From: Gammaproteobacteria bacterium
GTDB lineage: Bacteria > Pseudomonadota > Gammaproteobacteria > Eutrophobiales > Eutrophobiaceae
Assembly (NCBI GenBank): GCA_012103475.1
Contig: WLWS01000002.1
Span: 359,234 to 423,233, forward strand
DNA length: 64,000 nt
Reading direction: 5' to 3'
The translations under genes and the position numbers were made by a program. The notes beneath the pieces were generated by a model. The model saw only the letters and a program-made list of their open reading frames with translations, was not told where the DNA came from and did not search any database. Below are positions 29,409 through 41,084 of this stretch, piece after piece (position 1 is the first letter of the stretch; the number at the start of each line of letters is the position of its first letter).

Positions 29409-31205
29409 ATGCAACACATACGAAATTTCTCCATAATAGCCCATATTGATCACGGCAAATCGACTCTATCGGACAGGCTAATACAATTGTGCGGTGGATT
29501 GAGTGAGCGGGAAATGGAAGCTCAGGTGCTGGATTCGATGGATCTTGAGCGGGAACGCGGCATTACTATCAAATCACAGAGCGTGTCTCTCGACTATAAA
29601 GCCCTTGACGGACAAACCTATCAGCTTAATTTTATCGACACTCCCGGTCATGTAGATTTCAGTTATGAAGTGAGTCGTTCATTGTCAGCATGTGAAGGTG
29701 CGTTACTGGTAGTAGATGCGGCTCAGGGAGTTGAGGCACAGAGTGTCGCAAATTGCTTCACAGCTATTGAACAGGACCTCGAAGTTGTGCCGGTATTGAA
29801 TAAAATTGATCTTCCTTCCGCAGAACCTGAGCGTGTAGCACAGGAGATTGAGGAAATTATTGGTCTGGATACCACCGACACGATAAAAATCAGTGCCAAA
29901 ATGGGTGATGGTATTCCTGAACTTCTGGAGCAACTCGTTGAATTGGTTCCGCCACCTCAGGGCGACCCTGCAGCGCCACTTAAAGCGCTAATCATCGATT
30001 CATGGTTTGACAACTATCTTGGTGTTGTGTCACTTGTGCGAGTGTTTGACGGCAAAATAGACGTAGGGAAAAAAGTGAAGATCATGTCCACCGGACAGAG
30101 TTTCGAAGTAAATGAGCTTGGAGTGTTCACGCCTAAATGGTTTCCCAAAAAACAACTTAACGCGGGCGAAGTAGGGTATGTAGTAGCGGGTATCAAGGCG
30201 ATAGAAGGCGCACCTGTTGGTGATACAATTACACTTACTTCTACGCCGGCCACTGAGCCACTGGCCGGTTTTCAGCAAATCAAACCGCGAGTTTTTGCCG
30301 GCTTATTCCCGGTTGACTCAAATGATTATGAAACCTTCCGCGATGCTTTATCGAAACTACGATTAAATGATGCCGCCCTGCATTATGAACCTGAAACATC
30401 TCAGGCGCTTGGTTTCGGCTTTCGTTGTGGTTTTCTGGGGATGCTGCATATGGAGATTATTCAGGAAAGACTCGAGCGCGAATACGACCTGAATCTCATT
30501 ACTACGGCCCCAACGGTAATTTATGAACTTGAGACAACTGCTGGAGAGACGATATATATCGATAATCCATCCAACATACCAAGCACCGATAGAATCGCCG
30601 AAATACGCGAACCAATAATTCAGGCAGATATTCTTTTGCCGCAAGAGTATCTCGGCAATGTCATGGCCTTGTGTATTGAAAAGCGAGGCACACAAAAGAG
30701 ATTGCAGTACGTGGGTAAACAGATATCTCTGTCTTTTGAACTGCCCATGAACGAAGTAGTGCTGGATTTTTTTGATCGATTGAAATCTGTTAGCCGCGGC
30801 TATGCCTCGTTTGATTACACCTTTATCAGATATCAGGCCGCCAAACTTGTAAAACTTGATATATTGATTAATTCAGAAAAAGTTGACGCCCTCTCATGTA
30901 TTGTTCATCAGGATCTGGCTGACCGGCGAGGGCGTGAGTTAACGGGGAAAATGAAAGAATTTATTCCTAGGCAGATGTACGAGGTCTCTATTCAGGCCGC
31001 AGTCGGTTCGAAAATTCTGGCCCGACAGAATGTAAAAGCTCTGCGCAAAAATGTAACGGCGAAGTGTTATGGTGGAGATATAAGTCGCAAAAGAAAGTTG
31101 TTGGAAAAGCAAAAAGCCGGTAAAAAAAGAATGAAGCAATTTGGCTCGATTGAAATACCACAATCGGCTTTTATGGCAATTTTACACGTCGGTAAAGATT
31201 CTTAG
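29409..31205 (+). CDS. lepA: elongation factor 4 (LepA)
   Basis: [18 protein letters not shown]1 motif and a LepA C-terminal domain. Start placed at the ATG for MQHIRNF rather than the upstream TTG at 29400. Confidence 0.95.
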   Translation: MQHIRNFSIIAHIDHGKSTLSDRLIQLCGGLSEREMEAQVLDSMDLERERGITIKSQSVSLDYKALDGQTYQLNFIDTPGHVDFSYEVSRSLSACEGALLVVDAAQGVEAQSVANCFTAIEQDLEVVPVLNKIDLPSAEPERVAQEIEEIIGLDTTDTIKISAKMGDGIPELLEQLVELVPPPQGDPAAPLKALIIDSWFDNYLGVVSLVRVFDGKIDVGKKVKIMSTGQSFEVNELGVFTPKWFPKKQLNAGEVGYVVAGIKAIEGAPVGDTITLTSTPATEPLAGFQQIKPRVFAGLFPVDSNDYETFRDALSKLRLNDAALHYEPETSQALGFGFRCGFLGMLHMEIIQERLEREYDLNLITTAPTVIYELETTAGETIYIDNPSNIPSTDRIAEIREPIIQADILLPQEYLGNVMALCIEKRGTQKRLQYVGKQISLSFELPMNEVVLDFFDRLKSVSRGYASFDYTFIRYQAAKLVKLDILINSEKVDALSCIVHQDLADRRGRELTGKMKEFIPRQMYEVSIQAAVGSKILARQNVKALRKNVTAKCYGGDISRKRKLLEKQKAGKKRMKQFGSIEIPQSAFMAILHVGKDS

Positions 31206-31219
31206 GATAAAATGTAAAT

Positions 31220-32047
31220 ATGAACTTCGATTTTTCCGCACTTCTTGTGTTGCTGACCTTTGCCAGTGGTCTTATTTGGGGAATAGACAGCTTATTTTAT
31301 GCAAAAGCTCGTAGAAGCGATGAAAATAAGCAGGGTATCGCTGAGAAAGAAGACCATCAGATTCCGGAACCTCTTCTGGTTGACTACGCGCGTTCTTTTT
31401 TTCCGGTTTTTTTCATTGTCTTGATTCTGCGTTCCTTCCTTTTTGAACCATTTCGTATTCCTTCGGCTTCGATGATGCCGACTCTGATGATCGGTGACTT
31501 TATTCTGGTCAATAAATATGAGTACGGAATTCGCTTACCCGTTCTCAATAATAAGATAATTAAGAATAAAACTCCGCAAAGGGGCGATATCATTGTATTC
31601 AGATATCCGGAAGACCCGCGAATACCCTTTATTAAACGTGTGGTTGGTGTACCCGGAGATAAAATAGCCTACTTCAATAAAACCTTGTATATCAATGGAG
31701 TAGCGGACGGACAGAAAAATATATCTGTCTATCAGGATGACGGGCCCGGCTGGCAGATGAACGGTTGGCAGTTACTGAGCACACAAACAGGTGAGATTGA
31801 GCATGAGATACTTCACAATCACCATAGCCCGTCAAAAACTGTTGAAGAAATAGTGCCTGAAGGTCATTATTTCGTACTTGGCGATAATCGTGATAATAGT
31901 AAGGATAGTCGCTTCTGGGGTTTCGTTCCTGATGAAAACCTGATGGGAAGAGCTATTTACATTTGGATGAACTGGAGTAATACCCGCTGGTGGCATATTC
32001 CAAGCTGGGACGTAGAATGGAGTAGAGTTGGTATACCTATAAATTGA
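31220..32047 (+). CDS. lepB: signal peptidase I
   Basis: SMMPTL Ser box and GDNR/SxDSR boxes. It follows lepA. Confidence 0.9.
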   Translation: MNFDFSALLVLLTFASGLIWGIDSLFYAKARRSDENKQGIAEKEDHQIPEPLLVDYARSFFPVFFIVLILRSFLFEPFRIPSASMMPTLMIGDFILVNKYEYGIRLPVLNNKIIKNKTPQRGDIIVFRYPEDPRIPFIKRVVGVPGDKIAYFNKTLYINGVADGQKNISVYQDDGPGWQMNGWQLLSTQTGEIEHEILHNHHSPSKTVEEIVPEGHYFVLGDNRDNSKDSRFWGFVPDENLMGRAIYIWMNWSNTRWWHIPSWDVEWSRVGIPIN

Positions 32048-32060
32048 TCACAATTGGCAA

Positions 32061-32492
32061 ATGTTAGATAAGGGGTGGAAAATGAGAAGATTAACGAAAA
32101 AACAAAACGGTATGACCGGTATTGGTATTATGCTGACCCTGGCGGTATTGGCAGGTGTGGTGACTATAGTGCTGCGACTATTTCCTTTGTACAACGAGAA
32201 ATTTCAGATTGTTTCGGCTCTTAACACAGTAGCTAATCAACCCGACGCCGCAAAAATGACGACCAAGCAGGCTGGTAAGGTCTTTATGAAAGGTATGGCG
32301 GTTACCAATATCAACCGATTCGTAGACAGCAACATAAAAAACCATCTTGTGGTAATAAAACCTAAGAAAAAGGGACAGCCCCGTGTCCTGCACATGCAAT
32401 ATGAAGCCAGAAACAAATTCATCGCTGACATCTCCTTTGTGCTGGAATTTGATAAGAAAATACCATTGTCAGGTCCAAGCGCGAGTGAATGA
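32061..32492 (+). CDS. DUF4845-like small membrane protein
   Basis: One N-terminal transmembrane helix. Conserved position between lepB and rnc. 143 aa. Confidence 0.55.
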   Translation: MLDKGWKMRRLTKKQNGMTGIGIMLTLAVLAGVVTIVLRLFPLYNEKFQIVSALNTVANQPDAAKMTTKQAGKVFMKGMAVTNINRFVDSNIKNHLVVIKPKKKGQPRVLHMQYEARNKFIADISFVLEFDKKIPLSGPSASE

Positions 32493-33165
32493 GTCTCAAA
32501 AACTTATAATTAATAATCTCAACTATCGATTTAAGAACACTGGCTTATTAGAACTGGCGCTGACACATCGCAGCGCCCAGTCTGTAAATAATGAACGTCT
32601 GGAATATCTGGGCGATGCAATCCTCGGTTTTATAATTGCAGAGGCTCTTTTTCACAAATTCGACGATGGTCCTGAGGGTTTCCTGACCAGACAGCGAGCA
32701 GCGCTCGTAAAGAAAGAAACACTGGCTCTGTTGGCCCGCCAACTTGATCTCGGAGAACTTATTTTACTCGGGGATGGAGAACGAAAGAGTGGGGGGTGGA
32801 GACGCGACTCAATTCTGGCAAATACTCTGGAAGCCCTGATTGGCGCAGTATATCTGGATAGCAGTTTTGATCGATGCAGAGAATTTGTGCTCGACTTATA
32901 TTCAGAATTAATCAGGGCAGCATCTTTAAAGGATTCTGCCAAAGATTCTAAAACAGCACTTCAGGAGTTTTTACAGGCCAGAAAGCAAGTTCTTCCAGAC
33001 TATAAAGTTCTATCTGAACAGGGCGAAGCACATAATAAAGTCTTTACGATTGAATGTTATCTTGAAAGTTTTGATGCCACTTTCAGTGCCAGTGGCAAGA
33101 GCAAGAGGATTGCTGAGCAGTCGGCAGCGCAAAAGGCGCTTGAATTTATTCAGGCCAGGTCTTGA
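32485..33165 (+). CDS. rnc: ribonuclease III
   Basis: ALTHRS...ERLEYLGDA RNase III signature and a C-terminal dsRBD. Start is proposed at GTG 32485, which overlaps the upstream stop. The ORF-track start at 32383 looks like an over-extension. Confidence 0.9.
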   Translation: MNESQKLIINNLNYRFKNTGLLELALTHRSAQSVNNERLEYLGDAILGFIIAEALFHKFDDGPEGFLTRQRAALVKKETLALLARQLDLGELILLGDGERKSGGWRRDSILANTLEALIGAVYLDSSFDRCREFVLDLYSELIRAASLKDSAKDSKTALQEFLQARKQVLPDYKVLSEQGEAHNKVFTIECYLESFDATFSASGKSKRIAEQSAAQKALEFIQARS

Positions 33166-34082
33166 GTAATATCATCGATAAAAAAACCCCCGGGAATGAC
33201 TTTCGATGCGGCTACGCGGCAATTATCGGGCGTCCGAATGTTGGTAAATCTACCCTGATAAATGTGTTGATTGGTCAGAAAATCAGCATAACATCTCGCA
33301 AACCTCAGACAACTCAACGGCGTTTATTAGGCATAAAATCGCGGGAGCGATACCAGATAATCTACGTTGATACTCCTGGGATGCAGTCCAGATATCAGGA
33401 CGCGATTAATCATTATATGAGAAAGGAAATAAGCAGTGCATTAGTTGATGTGGATGTGCTCTTATTAATGGTGGAAGCACTCAAGTGGACGGATGCTGAT
33501 GACGAGATACTCGATGCAATAAGTCATGTAGAGGTGCCGGTAATTGCATTGATTAATAAGATCGATAAAGTAAAAGACAGGAAGAAACTTCTGCCTTATA
33601 TCAAAACACTTTCTGAGAGGAAAAATTTTACGGAAATTCTTCCCGTATCAGCAAGTAAAAAAACTGGTCTGGACAAGGCCGAGCAATTGTTAGCATCCCT
33701 CCTGCCGGAAGGGCCGGCTGAATTCTCTGAAGATCAGTTAACCGATCGTAGCGAGCGTTTTATTGTCGCTGAGTTTATCAGAGAAAAACTGATAAAAAGG
33801 CTTGGCAAGGAACTACCATATCGAGTAACTGTTACCATTGAAAAATTCACTCGTGACCTTCGTGGGGCTGAAATAGATGCAATAATCTGGGTCGAAAGTG
33901 ATAGTCAAAAATCCATTGTGATTGGAAAGGACGGCTCGGTATTAAAAAAGATAGGTGAGCAGGCGAGGCTTGAAATGCAATATCTGCTGAATTGCCCGGT
34001 TTTTTTACGGACCTGGGTAAAGGTGAAAAAGAACTGGAGTGATGATCAGTTGCTTATGAAACAACTGGGGTTTGATAACTAG
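33162..34082 (+). CDS. era: GTPase Era
   Basis: G1 GRPNVGKST motif and a C-terminal KH domain. 4-nt overlap with rnc. Confidence 0.95.
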   Translation: MSNIIDKKTPGNDFRCGYAAIIGRPNVGKSTLINVLIGQKISITSRKPQTTQRRLLGIKSRERYQIIYVDTPGMQSRYQDAINHYMRKEISSALVDVDVLLLMVEALKWTDADDEILDAISHVEVPVIALINKIDKVKDRKKLLPYIKTLSERKNFTEILPVSASKKTGLDKAEQLLASLLPEGPAEFSEDQLTDRSERFIVAEFIREKLIKRLGKELPYRVTVTIEKFTRDLRGAEIDAIIWVESDSQKSIVIGKDGSVLKKIGEQARLEMQYLLNCPVFLRTWVKVKKNWSDDQLLMKQLGFDN

Positions 34083-34093
34083 CTTGATTAACA

Positions 34094-34810
34094 ATGCGAG
34101 TATCGCTTACGCCTTCCGTCATAATTCATCAGAGACCATATCGGGAAACCAGTTTATTACTGGAAATATTCGCAAGGGAATATGGACGAGTAAGCCTTGT
34201 CGCTAAAGGCGTTCGAAGAAACAGGAAAAAATCGCAAAGTCTTTATCAGGCAAACCGAAAGCTTTTTTTGAGCTGGGGTAGTCGCGGTGATTTGGGAACA
34301 TTGACAGAAATTGAAGCCGATGGGCCTAATTTTAATCTTGGCGGGAAAGCTTTGATTTCTGTTTTCTACATAAATGAATTGTTGATTCGATTTTTGCACA
34401 GACACGAATCTCATCCTCAGCTCTATGATACCTATCTTAAAACTCTGACTAGACTTGAATTTGGTGAACCTGAGTCTTTGTGTCTGCGTTATTTTGAAAA
34501 ACAGCTGCTTGATACTATTGGTTATGGGCTGGTACTTGATCACGATTTGGAATCGGGCTTACCGATATCTCCCGAGAAGGAATATTTTTATTCTATTAAT
34601 GAAGGACCTTTTTTGACCAAGTCTGGATCTACTAAGGGCGTCAGTGTAAGTGGCAAAACCTTACTGGCACTGGATTCGGAAAACCTGGATGAGAGTTGTT
34701 CCATCTCTGAAATCAAGCAAGTGATGCGTCTGACCCTGAATTCTTATCTCGGTGACAAACCTCTTGCCAGCCGGGAACTGTTTAAAGCGTATGCCCGACA
34801 TTACAAATAG
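34094..34810 (+). CDS. recO: DNA repair protein RecO
   Basis: RecO family, 238 aa, in the conserved position after era. Confidence 0.85.
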   Translation: MRVSLTPSVIIHQRPYRETSLLLEIFAREYGRVSLVAKGVRRNRKKSQSLYQANRKLFLSWGSRGDLGTLTEIEADGPNFNLGGKALISVFYINELLIRFLHRHESHPQLYDTYLKTLTRLEFGEPESLCLRYFEKQLLDTIGYGLVLDHDLESGLPISPEKEYFYSINEGPFLTKSGSTKGVSVSGKTLLALDSENLDESCSISEIKQVMRLTLNSYLGDKPLASRELFKAYARHYK

Positions 34811-34922
34811 TCCCTATGAAATTATTAAAGAAGAATGAAAAAGGACTGTGATGCCTTGTGATGTACCTGATGAGTTAATATGGCTACAATACGCCGTTTT
34901 TTACACTCGGTTTATCTGATAA

Positions 34923-36488
34923 ATGTCTGAACTAGATTTGCAAAACTCCTTGCGACGTACTTTCGCAATTATTTCTCATCCTGACGCGGGAAAGACAACT
35001 GTGACGGAGCAATTGCTTCTCTATGGTGGTGCGATTCAGTTAGCGGGTACAGTGAAGGCCAGAAAATCAAACCGCCATGCGACATCCGACTGGATGGAAA
35101 TGGAAAAGGAACGCGGAATATCGGTAACAAGTTCGGTTATGCAGTTTGTTTATAAAGAGAAGGTCATTAATTTACTTGATACACCTGGCCACGCTGATTT
35201 TTCAGAAGATACCTATCGAACACTGACTGCAGTCGATTCAGCATTAATGGTAATTGACGTAGCCAAAGGTGTTGAGGAGAGGACGCGAAAATTAATGGAT
35301 GTTTGTCGTTTACGTACAACGCCTGTTATTACATTTATTAATAAACTCGATCGAGAGGGTAAAGAATCAATTGAATTGCTTGACGAAATAGAGAGCGATC
35401 TCGGCATTCAATGTTCGCCCGTTAGTTGGCCGATTGGCTCAGGAAGCCGACTAAAAGGTATCTATCATTTATTGAAGGATGAAATCTCTCTCTATTCTAA
35501 AAATGAGAGTAGTAAGCTTATTCAGGGGATTGACAGCCAGGAAGCTGCCGAGGAACTGGGCTCTCATTTGGAGGAGCTGAGGGAAGAAATAGAGCTGATA
35601 AAGGGCGCATGTCCGGAGTTTTCCTTAAACGACTATCTGGCTGGAAAATTGACTCCGGTGTTTTTCGGCTCAGCCCTGCACAATTTTGGTGTTGAGTATT
35701 TTCTAGATTATATTGCCGAAAATGCACCTTCTCCTGGTCCCAGACAAACAGTAGAAAGAGACGTGTCGCCAAATGAAAAAAAATTCAGCGGGTTTGTGTT
35801 TAAAATTCAGGCGAACATGGATCCCGCTCATCGAGACCGAATTGCATTCGTCAGAATTTGCTCAGGCCAATACAGGAAGGGCATAAAAATCCGACATGTA
35901 CGGGTCAACAGAGATATGCAGATTTCAAATGCGATGACCTTCCTGGCTGGCGAGAGAGAACAGGCAGAAGAAGCCTGGCCGGGTGATATTATCGGTCTAC
36001 ACAATCATGGAACAATTCAGGTGGGTGATTCTTTCAGCGAAGGTGAAAAACTCACATTTCAGGGTATTCCTCACTTCGCGCCCGAACTTTTTCGACGTGT
36101 ACAATTACGTGATCCCTTGAAGATGAAAGCGCTGTTGAAGGGACTTATTCAACTTGGAGAAGAAGGCGCCACTCAGGTTTTCCGACCACTTAGCAGCAAT
36201 GATTTGATTGTCGGAGCAGTTGGTACCCTGCAATTTGACGTTGTTGCGTGGCGTTTAAAAGATGAATATAACGTGGAATGCAGCTATGACAATATCGCGG
36301 TAAATACCGCGCGCTGGGTAACTAGTGACGATGAACGCAAACTACAGGAGTTCAGGCAAAAACTTGCCCAGCATCTAGCTCTGGATGGGGGTGAGTATTT
36401 AAGCTATCTGGCTCCATCCATGGTCAACCTGAATCTGACCATGGAGCGGTGGCCTGAAATCGAATTTCGAAAGACTCGCGAACACTAA
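34923..36488 (+). CDS. prfC: peptide chain release factor 3
   Basis: GTPase with [13 protein letters not shown]1 and RF3-specific domains. 521 aa. Confidence 0.9.
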   Translation: MSELDLQNSLRRTFAIISHPDAGKTTVTEQLLLYGGAIQLAGTVKARKSNRHATSDWMEMEKERGISVTSSVMQFVYKEKVINLLDTPGHADFSEDTYRTLTAVDSALMVIDVAKGVEERTRKLMDVCRLRTTPVITFINKLDREGKESIELLDEIESDLGIQCSPVSWPIGSGSRLKGIYHLLKDEISLYSKNESSKLIQGIDSQEAAEELGSHLEELREEIELIKGACPEFSLNDYLAGKLTPVFFGSALHNFGVEYFLDYIAENAPSPGPRQTVERDVSPNEKKFSGFVFKIQANMDPAHRDRIAFVRICSGQYRKGIKIRHVRVNRDMQISNAMTFLAGEREQAEEAWPGDIIGLHNHGTIQVGDSFSEGEKLTFQGIPHFAPELFRRVQLRDPLKMKALLKGLIQLGEEGATQVFRPLSSNDLIVGAVGTLQFDVVAWRLKDEYNVECSYDNIAVNTARWVTSDDERKLQEFRQKLAQHLALDGGEYLSYLAPSMVNLNLTMERWPEIEFRKTREH

Positions 36489-36494
36489 ATAACC

Positions 36495-38990
36495 TCAGTT
36501 TTCTTCTTTACCCGCGGCTTGTTGTGGTTCGCTTTTTGTACTCTCAACCGCAGCATTCGCAACTGGTGAATTAATGGGAGGCTTGATATCAACTACTCCT
36601 CCAGAGCTATCGCCTTTGTCCTGAGTACGGGGATTAATCCGCGTGACATCCTCGCTGGGAGCAGGTGCAGCTATACGAGATGCATCCTTCTCAGCAGCAG
36701 GCTTCAAAACAGGAGGAGCCGGAGTTTGCACAGCTTGAGCTGTCTGTGTGACTGGTTGAGAACTCTTTGTGTCTTGTTCCGGTTTTACCGATGCATTATT
36801 GCTTTCCGCTTTTGGCGTATTAACTTTCTCCGGCGTCTTGGTCGATTGCTCGGCAGTCACATTGACTGCTATTTGACTGGAATTATTCTGGCTAATATTT
36901 TCTCCGGCAGACCGATTTCCTCTGGGCTCCCTGTTTTCAGCTGATTTTTGCGCCTCTTCTGAGCGTGTATTATTCGACTGATTATTTCTCTGTCTATTTC
37001 CCTGGGAGTTCCGCTCGTTATTTCTGCGTTGATTTGAATTATTCCGGTTCCGATTGTTACCAGACTTTGAATTGCCTCGTTGTTTTTGCTGATTGTTACC
37101 AGACTGACCGCGACTATCCCGTCGTTGATTGGGGTTTTGCTCAGATTTGTCATCGGTAGATGATTTGTTGTTGTTTCTTTGTTGTTGCCGGTTTCCTGAA
37201 TTGTTGTTGTTCCGGTTCCGATCACGATTTCTTGGCGGGCGCCGGCGACGCTGATTGTTATTATTTTTGTTCGCTGGTTTATCTTCTTTGACGACTGGCT
37301 TTTCAGTTTCAGGCACCCCGAAAAGACTGCCGAATACTCTTGAAATAAGCCCTTTGCCCGGTTTGCTGCTTGAACCAGGCGCGGGTTTGTCTGGCACGAC
37401 CTGTTGTACAGCCGGTTTTTCCATCGGCCGAGGCTTATTAACATGCGTCCGCGAATCAATTACATCCTCAGCTTTCTCAGGAATCTGATAACTGGCTTTA
37501 TTGAAACTTTCCTGCTCTGCTTCGCTTAATCGAACACGTTGAACCCGATAATGCGGCGTAACCATAAGCGGGGAGGGCACAATAATTATTTCCACATCCA
37601 GCCTTTCTTCAACATCTCGAATCGCCTGGCGTTTCTCGTTTAAAAGAAAAGTCGCGGCTTCCACAGGTAATTCCGCGATTACTTTAGCTGTGGAATCTTT
37701 CATCGCTTCCTCTTCAATAATTCGCAAAACAGCCAGAGAAAGGGAATCTGTACCTCGAATAGTGCCCTGACCGTCACATTGGGGGCAGGGTAAGCTACTG
37801 GATTCTTCCAGCGACGGCCGTAGTCTCTGACGAGACATTTCCAGTAAGCCAAATCTTGATATTCTGCCTATTTGCACACGTGCCCGGTCAATACGCAGGG
37901 CATCTTTGAGTCGGTTTTCAACTTCCCGCTGATTTCGGGTATTCATCATATCGATAAAATCGATGACTACCAGTCCACCTAAATCGCGAAGCCGAAGCTG
38001 GCGGGCAACTTCGTCGGCAGCCTCAAGGTTGGTATTCAGAGCGGTTTGTTCAATATCCTGTCCGCCGGTTGCTCTGGCAGAGTTAATATCAATTGAAGTT
38101 AAGGCCTCGGTAGGGTCGATTATGACGGCGCCCCCGGATGGCAGAACCACCTGACGGGAAAATGCTGTTTCTATCTGACCTTCAATCTGGTACCGATTGA
38201 ACAGGGAGTCATTTTCCTTATAAAGTTTGAGTTTGCTGAGGTTATGCGGCATAACCTTCTCCATAAACTCACGCGCACGATCAAACACATCGGTATCGTC
38301 AATCCAAATTTCGGCCACGTCTTTACGCAGATAGTCGCGAATTGCCCGCATTACAACTTCGCTTTCTTTATAGACCAGAAATGGTGCACTTCGCTCTGAA
38401 GTCGCCACACTGATGGCAGACCAGAGACTCATCAGGTAATCGAGATCCCACTGTAATTCTTCTGAACTTTTACCGACACCGGCAGTTCTCAGAATCAGGC
38501 CCATACCCTGCGGTACTTCAAGGCCGCTCATGGCTTCACGAGCCTCAGCCCGATCTGAACCTTCAATCTGACGTGAGACACCCCCTGCTCTGGGATTGTT
38601 GGGCATGAGCACGAGATATCGGCCAGCCAGACTGATGAAAGTAGTCAGCGCCGCGCCTTTATTGCCTCGTTCCTCTTTTTCTACCTGAACTGAAAATTCC
38701 TGACCGACTTCCAGTTCATCCTTTATATTGAAACGGCCTTCGCCACCACTATTTTTGAAGAGAGTTCGGGCAATTTCTTTGAAGGGAAGAAAACCATGAC
38801 GTTCGGCACCATAATCAACAAACGCCGCTTCAAGACTGGGCTCCAGGCGTACGATACGGCATTGATAGATATTGGATTTTTTTTGTTCGCGGCCTGCAGA
38901 TTCTATGTCCAGATCATAAAGGCGTTGTCCATCCACTAACGCAACACGCACCTCTTCCGGCTGAGTCGCGTTGATCAGCATTCTTATCAT
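36495..38990 (-). CDS. rne: ribonuclease E
   Basis: N-terminal catalytic half with S1, DNase I-like and CPxCxGxG zinc-link elements. The C-terminal half is a disordered R/N/Q-rich scaffold. Confidence 0.95.
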   Translation of the reverse strand: MIRMLINATQPEEVRVALVDGQRLYDLDIESAGREQKKSNIYQCRIVRLEPSLEAAFVDYGAERHGFLPFKEIARTLFKNSGGEGRFNIKDELEVGQEFSVQVEKEERGNKGAALTTFISLAGRYLVLMPNNPRAGGVSRQIEGSDRAEAREAMSGLEVPQGMGLILRTAGVGKSSEELQWDLDYLMSLWSAISVATSERSAPFLVYKESEVVMRAIRDYLRKDVAEIWIDDTDVFDRAREFMEKVMPHNLSKLKLYKENDSLFNRYQIEGQIETAFSRQVVLPSGGAVIIDPTEALTSIDINSARATGGQDIEQTALNTNLEAADEVARQLRLRDLGGLVVIDFIDMMNTRNQREVENRLKDALRIDRARVQIGRISRFGLLEMSRQRLRPSLEESSSLPCPQCDGQGTIRGTDSLSLAVLRIIEEEAMKDSTAKVIAELPVEAATFLLNEKRQAIRDVEERLDVEIIIVPSPLMVTPHYRVQRVRLSEAEQESFNKASYQIPEKAEDVIDSRTHVNKPRPMEKPAVQQVVPDKPAPGSSSKPGKGLISRVFGSLFGVPETEKPVVKEDKPANKNNNNQRRRRPPRNRDRNRNNNNSGNRQQQRNNNKSSTDDKSEQNPNQRRDSRGQSGNNQQKQRGNSKSGNNRNRNNSNQRRNNERNSQGNRQRNNQSNNTRSEEAQKSAENREPRGNRSAGENISQNNSSQIAVNVTAEQSTKTPEKVNTPKAESNNASVKPEQDTKSSQPVTQTAQAVQTPAPPVLKPAAEKDASRIAAPAPSEDVTRINPRTQDKGDSSGGVVDIKPPINSPVANAAVESTKSEPQQAAGKEEN

Positions 38991-39400
38991 TATTGTTATA
39001 TCCTTATGTATTCATCTTCCGGAGACCGCATCCTCATCATTTAGATGGGAGGTAAACTGGCTCGCACGGGCTGGAATACAGTTGGCTGCTCATTGTTATT
39101 TTACAACATGCAGCTGTTTAACCTTTTAGTTCATGACGTGCCAGATAAGCTGTTGCGGAGACGCTGTCAGTTTAGTGACAGTCAGTTATAATCCCGCGTA
39201 CACGACAAGAAGTATATATTCTGCGGTGTCGGATTCCGGAGACATACATCTGGAGCGGAGGAGTGAAGGGGGCGGAGTTTACACTGCACGATAAAAGAAT
39301 TATCGGTCCACACGTATCACCTTTGTTTGCCAGCTCTGCTCAACAGGGGTATGTAATCAAAACGACCAACCTGCAGTTTACTCGTTGGCCTACAGGCGAA
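38991..39400 (-). promoter_or_regulatory. rne promoter and long structured 5' leader (autoregulatory by analogy with E. coli rne)
   Basis: 465-nt non-coding gap between the divergent rne and rluC genes. It contains several inverted repeats, for example CTGTCAGTTTAGTGACAG. E. coli rne has a 361-nt leader with RNase E-responsive hairpins. Confidence 0.45.
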
Positions 39401-39455
39401 CGAGACCCAGATAATATAGCAATAGTGCCGTTTATCGCAATGCTCAAATCAAACT

Positions 39456-40402
39456 ATGTCACGGATTCTTAATAAAAAATCAGAGGTACAGCAAATAAGC
39501 ATCGATTCTGAGGATGAGAGCCGCAGAATCGATAATTTTCTGATGAGCCGTTTCAAGGGATTGCCTCGGACGCGAATCTATCAAATGTTGCGCCGTGGCG
39601 AGGTGAGAGTAAACAAAGGACGCAAAAAGCCCGGTTACAGGTTACAGTCCGGCGACGTACTACGGATTCCACCGATTTCTCTGGAAACAGAGAAAGCACC
39701 TGCCACGCCCCCACGATATCTGATAGATATGCTGGATTCGGCGGTTTTGTTCGAAGACGACAAGCTGATAGTGGTCAATAAGCCATCGGGGATAGTCGTT
39801 CACTCAGGAGTGGCCGTTCTTATGGGGTGATTGAGATCCTGCGTCATATGCGACCAGAAGATGAAAATTTACAATTGGTGCATCGTATTGACCAGGCCAC
39901 ATCAGGCTGTCTCCTGCTCAGCAAAACTGGACGGGGTTTACGAGGATTGCATGAGAGCCTGAAAAGCGGAAAAATGGGAAAAGGCTATATCGCCCTGTTA
40001 GCGGGAGATATCGGTCCCAGTAAGATCACTATCGATTTAGCTTTAAGAAAAAACACTATTAGTTCAGGCGAAAGGCTGGTCAGGCCTGATAAAGACGGTA
40101 AGCGTGCTCTTTCAACTTTCGCCCGCAGTCGATTATTCAGGGAAACCTGTCTGGTAGATGTTTTTATTGAAACCGGACGCACGCATCAGATCAGAGTGCA
40201 TGCTCAATCTATGGGGCATCCTATTGCAGGCGATGAAAAATACGGTGATGATTCCATAAACCGGTAACTGAGAAAAGCAGGCCTGTCACGATTATTCTTG
40301 CATGCATCGACTCTAACACTTCCTGATTACGGCAAAAAAGGCCTGAAGCTCAAAGCGCCTTTGAGTGAAGAGTTGTCCGACTTTTTAGACAAACATGACT
40401 AA
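39456..40402 (+). pseudogene. rluC: 23S rRNA pseudouridine synthase RluC, disrupted by a 1-nt frameshift near 39808 and an in-frame TAA at 40265-40267
   Basis: ORFs 39456-39830 and 39827-40267 together align with RluC (S4 domain, VVNKPSG, HRIDQATSG catalytic Asp). Frame continuity needs one extra nucleotide after HSG. Reading through the TAA gives LRKAGLSRLFLHASTLTLP..., which matches the conserved RluC C-terminus (RLFLHA). Confidence 0.6.
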
Positions 40403-41084
40403 GCGCATTGATAGCATATCCTGCTTCGAGCTGCTCGTTTTCGACTGGGACGGGACAATTGCCGATTCTCTGGGACTTATTGTCAGGTCTGTGCGTCATG
40501 CGACAGGGCAGTTGGGTTTGCCTGAAAAAAGCGATCAGCAGATAAAAGACATCATCGGACTTGGGCTGGAGTCCGCAATGGAGCGTTTATATCCCGGTAT
40601 TTCAACAAGCGACCGTGATGCTCTTGCTGCTAGTTACAGAGGGTTTTATGCCGGAGCTTGTAGTTCGGAAATTGTGTTATTTCCGCAAGTAGAGAAGACC
40701 CTGCAGATTTTACGGGATGCCGGGCATAGTATGGCGGTGGCTACAGGGAAAAGTCGGCGTGGGCTGGATAGAGCCTTACTTGACACGGGTTTGAGTGAAT
40801 ATTTTCAATATTCACGCTGTGCTGACGAAACTTTCTCAAAACCACACCCTCAGATGTTGCAAGATATTATGGATATTTTTGCAGTAGAAAGAGATAGTGT
40901 TCTCATGATTGGTGACAGTGAATATGATTTACTCATGGCGAAAAATGCAGGAGTTGCCAGTGCCGCCGTATCATACGGTGCACAAAATAGTGAATTTCTA
41001 CTAAAATTCGAACCATTGACGTGTCTGCATAACTTCTCGGACTTGCCTGAGTGGTTATCAGAAATGGCTGTAAATGACTCTTAA
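40395..41084 (+). CDS. HAD-superfamily hydrolase (phosphoglycolate-phosphatase-like)
   Basis: FDWDGTIADS motif I and GDSEYD motif IV. Same position as the HAD gene downstream of rluC in Pseudomonas. Confidence 0.8.
   Translation: MTKRIDSISCFELLVFDWDGTIADSLGLIVRSVRHATGQLGLPEKSDQQIKDIIGLGLESAMERLYPGISTSDRDALAASYRGFYAGACSSEIVLFPQVEKTLQILRDAGHSMAVATGKSRRGLDRALLDTGLSEYFQYSRCADETFSKPHPQMLQDIMDIFAVERDSVLMIGDSEYDLLMAKNAGVASAAVSYGAQNSEFLLKFEPLTCLHNFSDLPEWLSEMAVNDS

Noticed and set aside
32383-32484. 5' extension of the rnc ORF (MSCTCNMKPETNSS...)
   Set aside because: It overlaps the upstream DUF4845 gene. RNase III homology begins only at the GTG at 32485, which overlaps the upstream stop in typical coupled fashion.
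36869-37459. 196-aa alternative-frame ORF inside rne
   Set aside because: Same-strand out-of-frame ORF within the low-complexity scaffold region of rne. It arises from the compositional bias.
39263-39472. 69-aa ORF in the rne-rluC intergenic region
   Set aside because: It lies within the expected structured rne leader and rluC promoter region. It has no recognisable protein features and is probably spurious.
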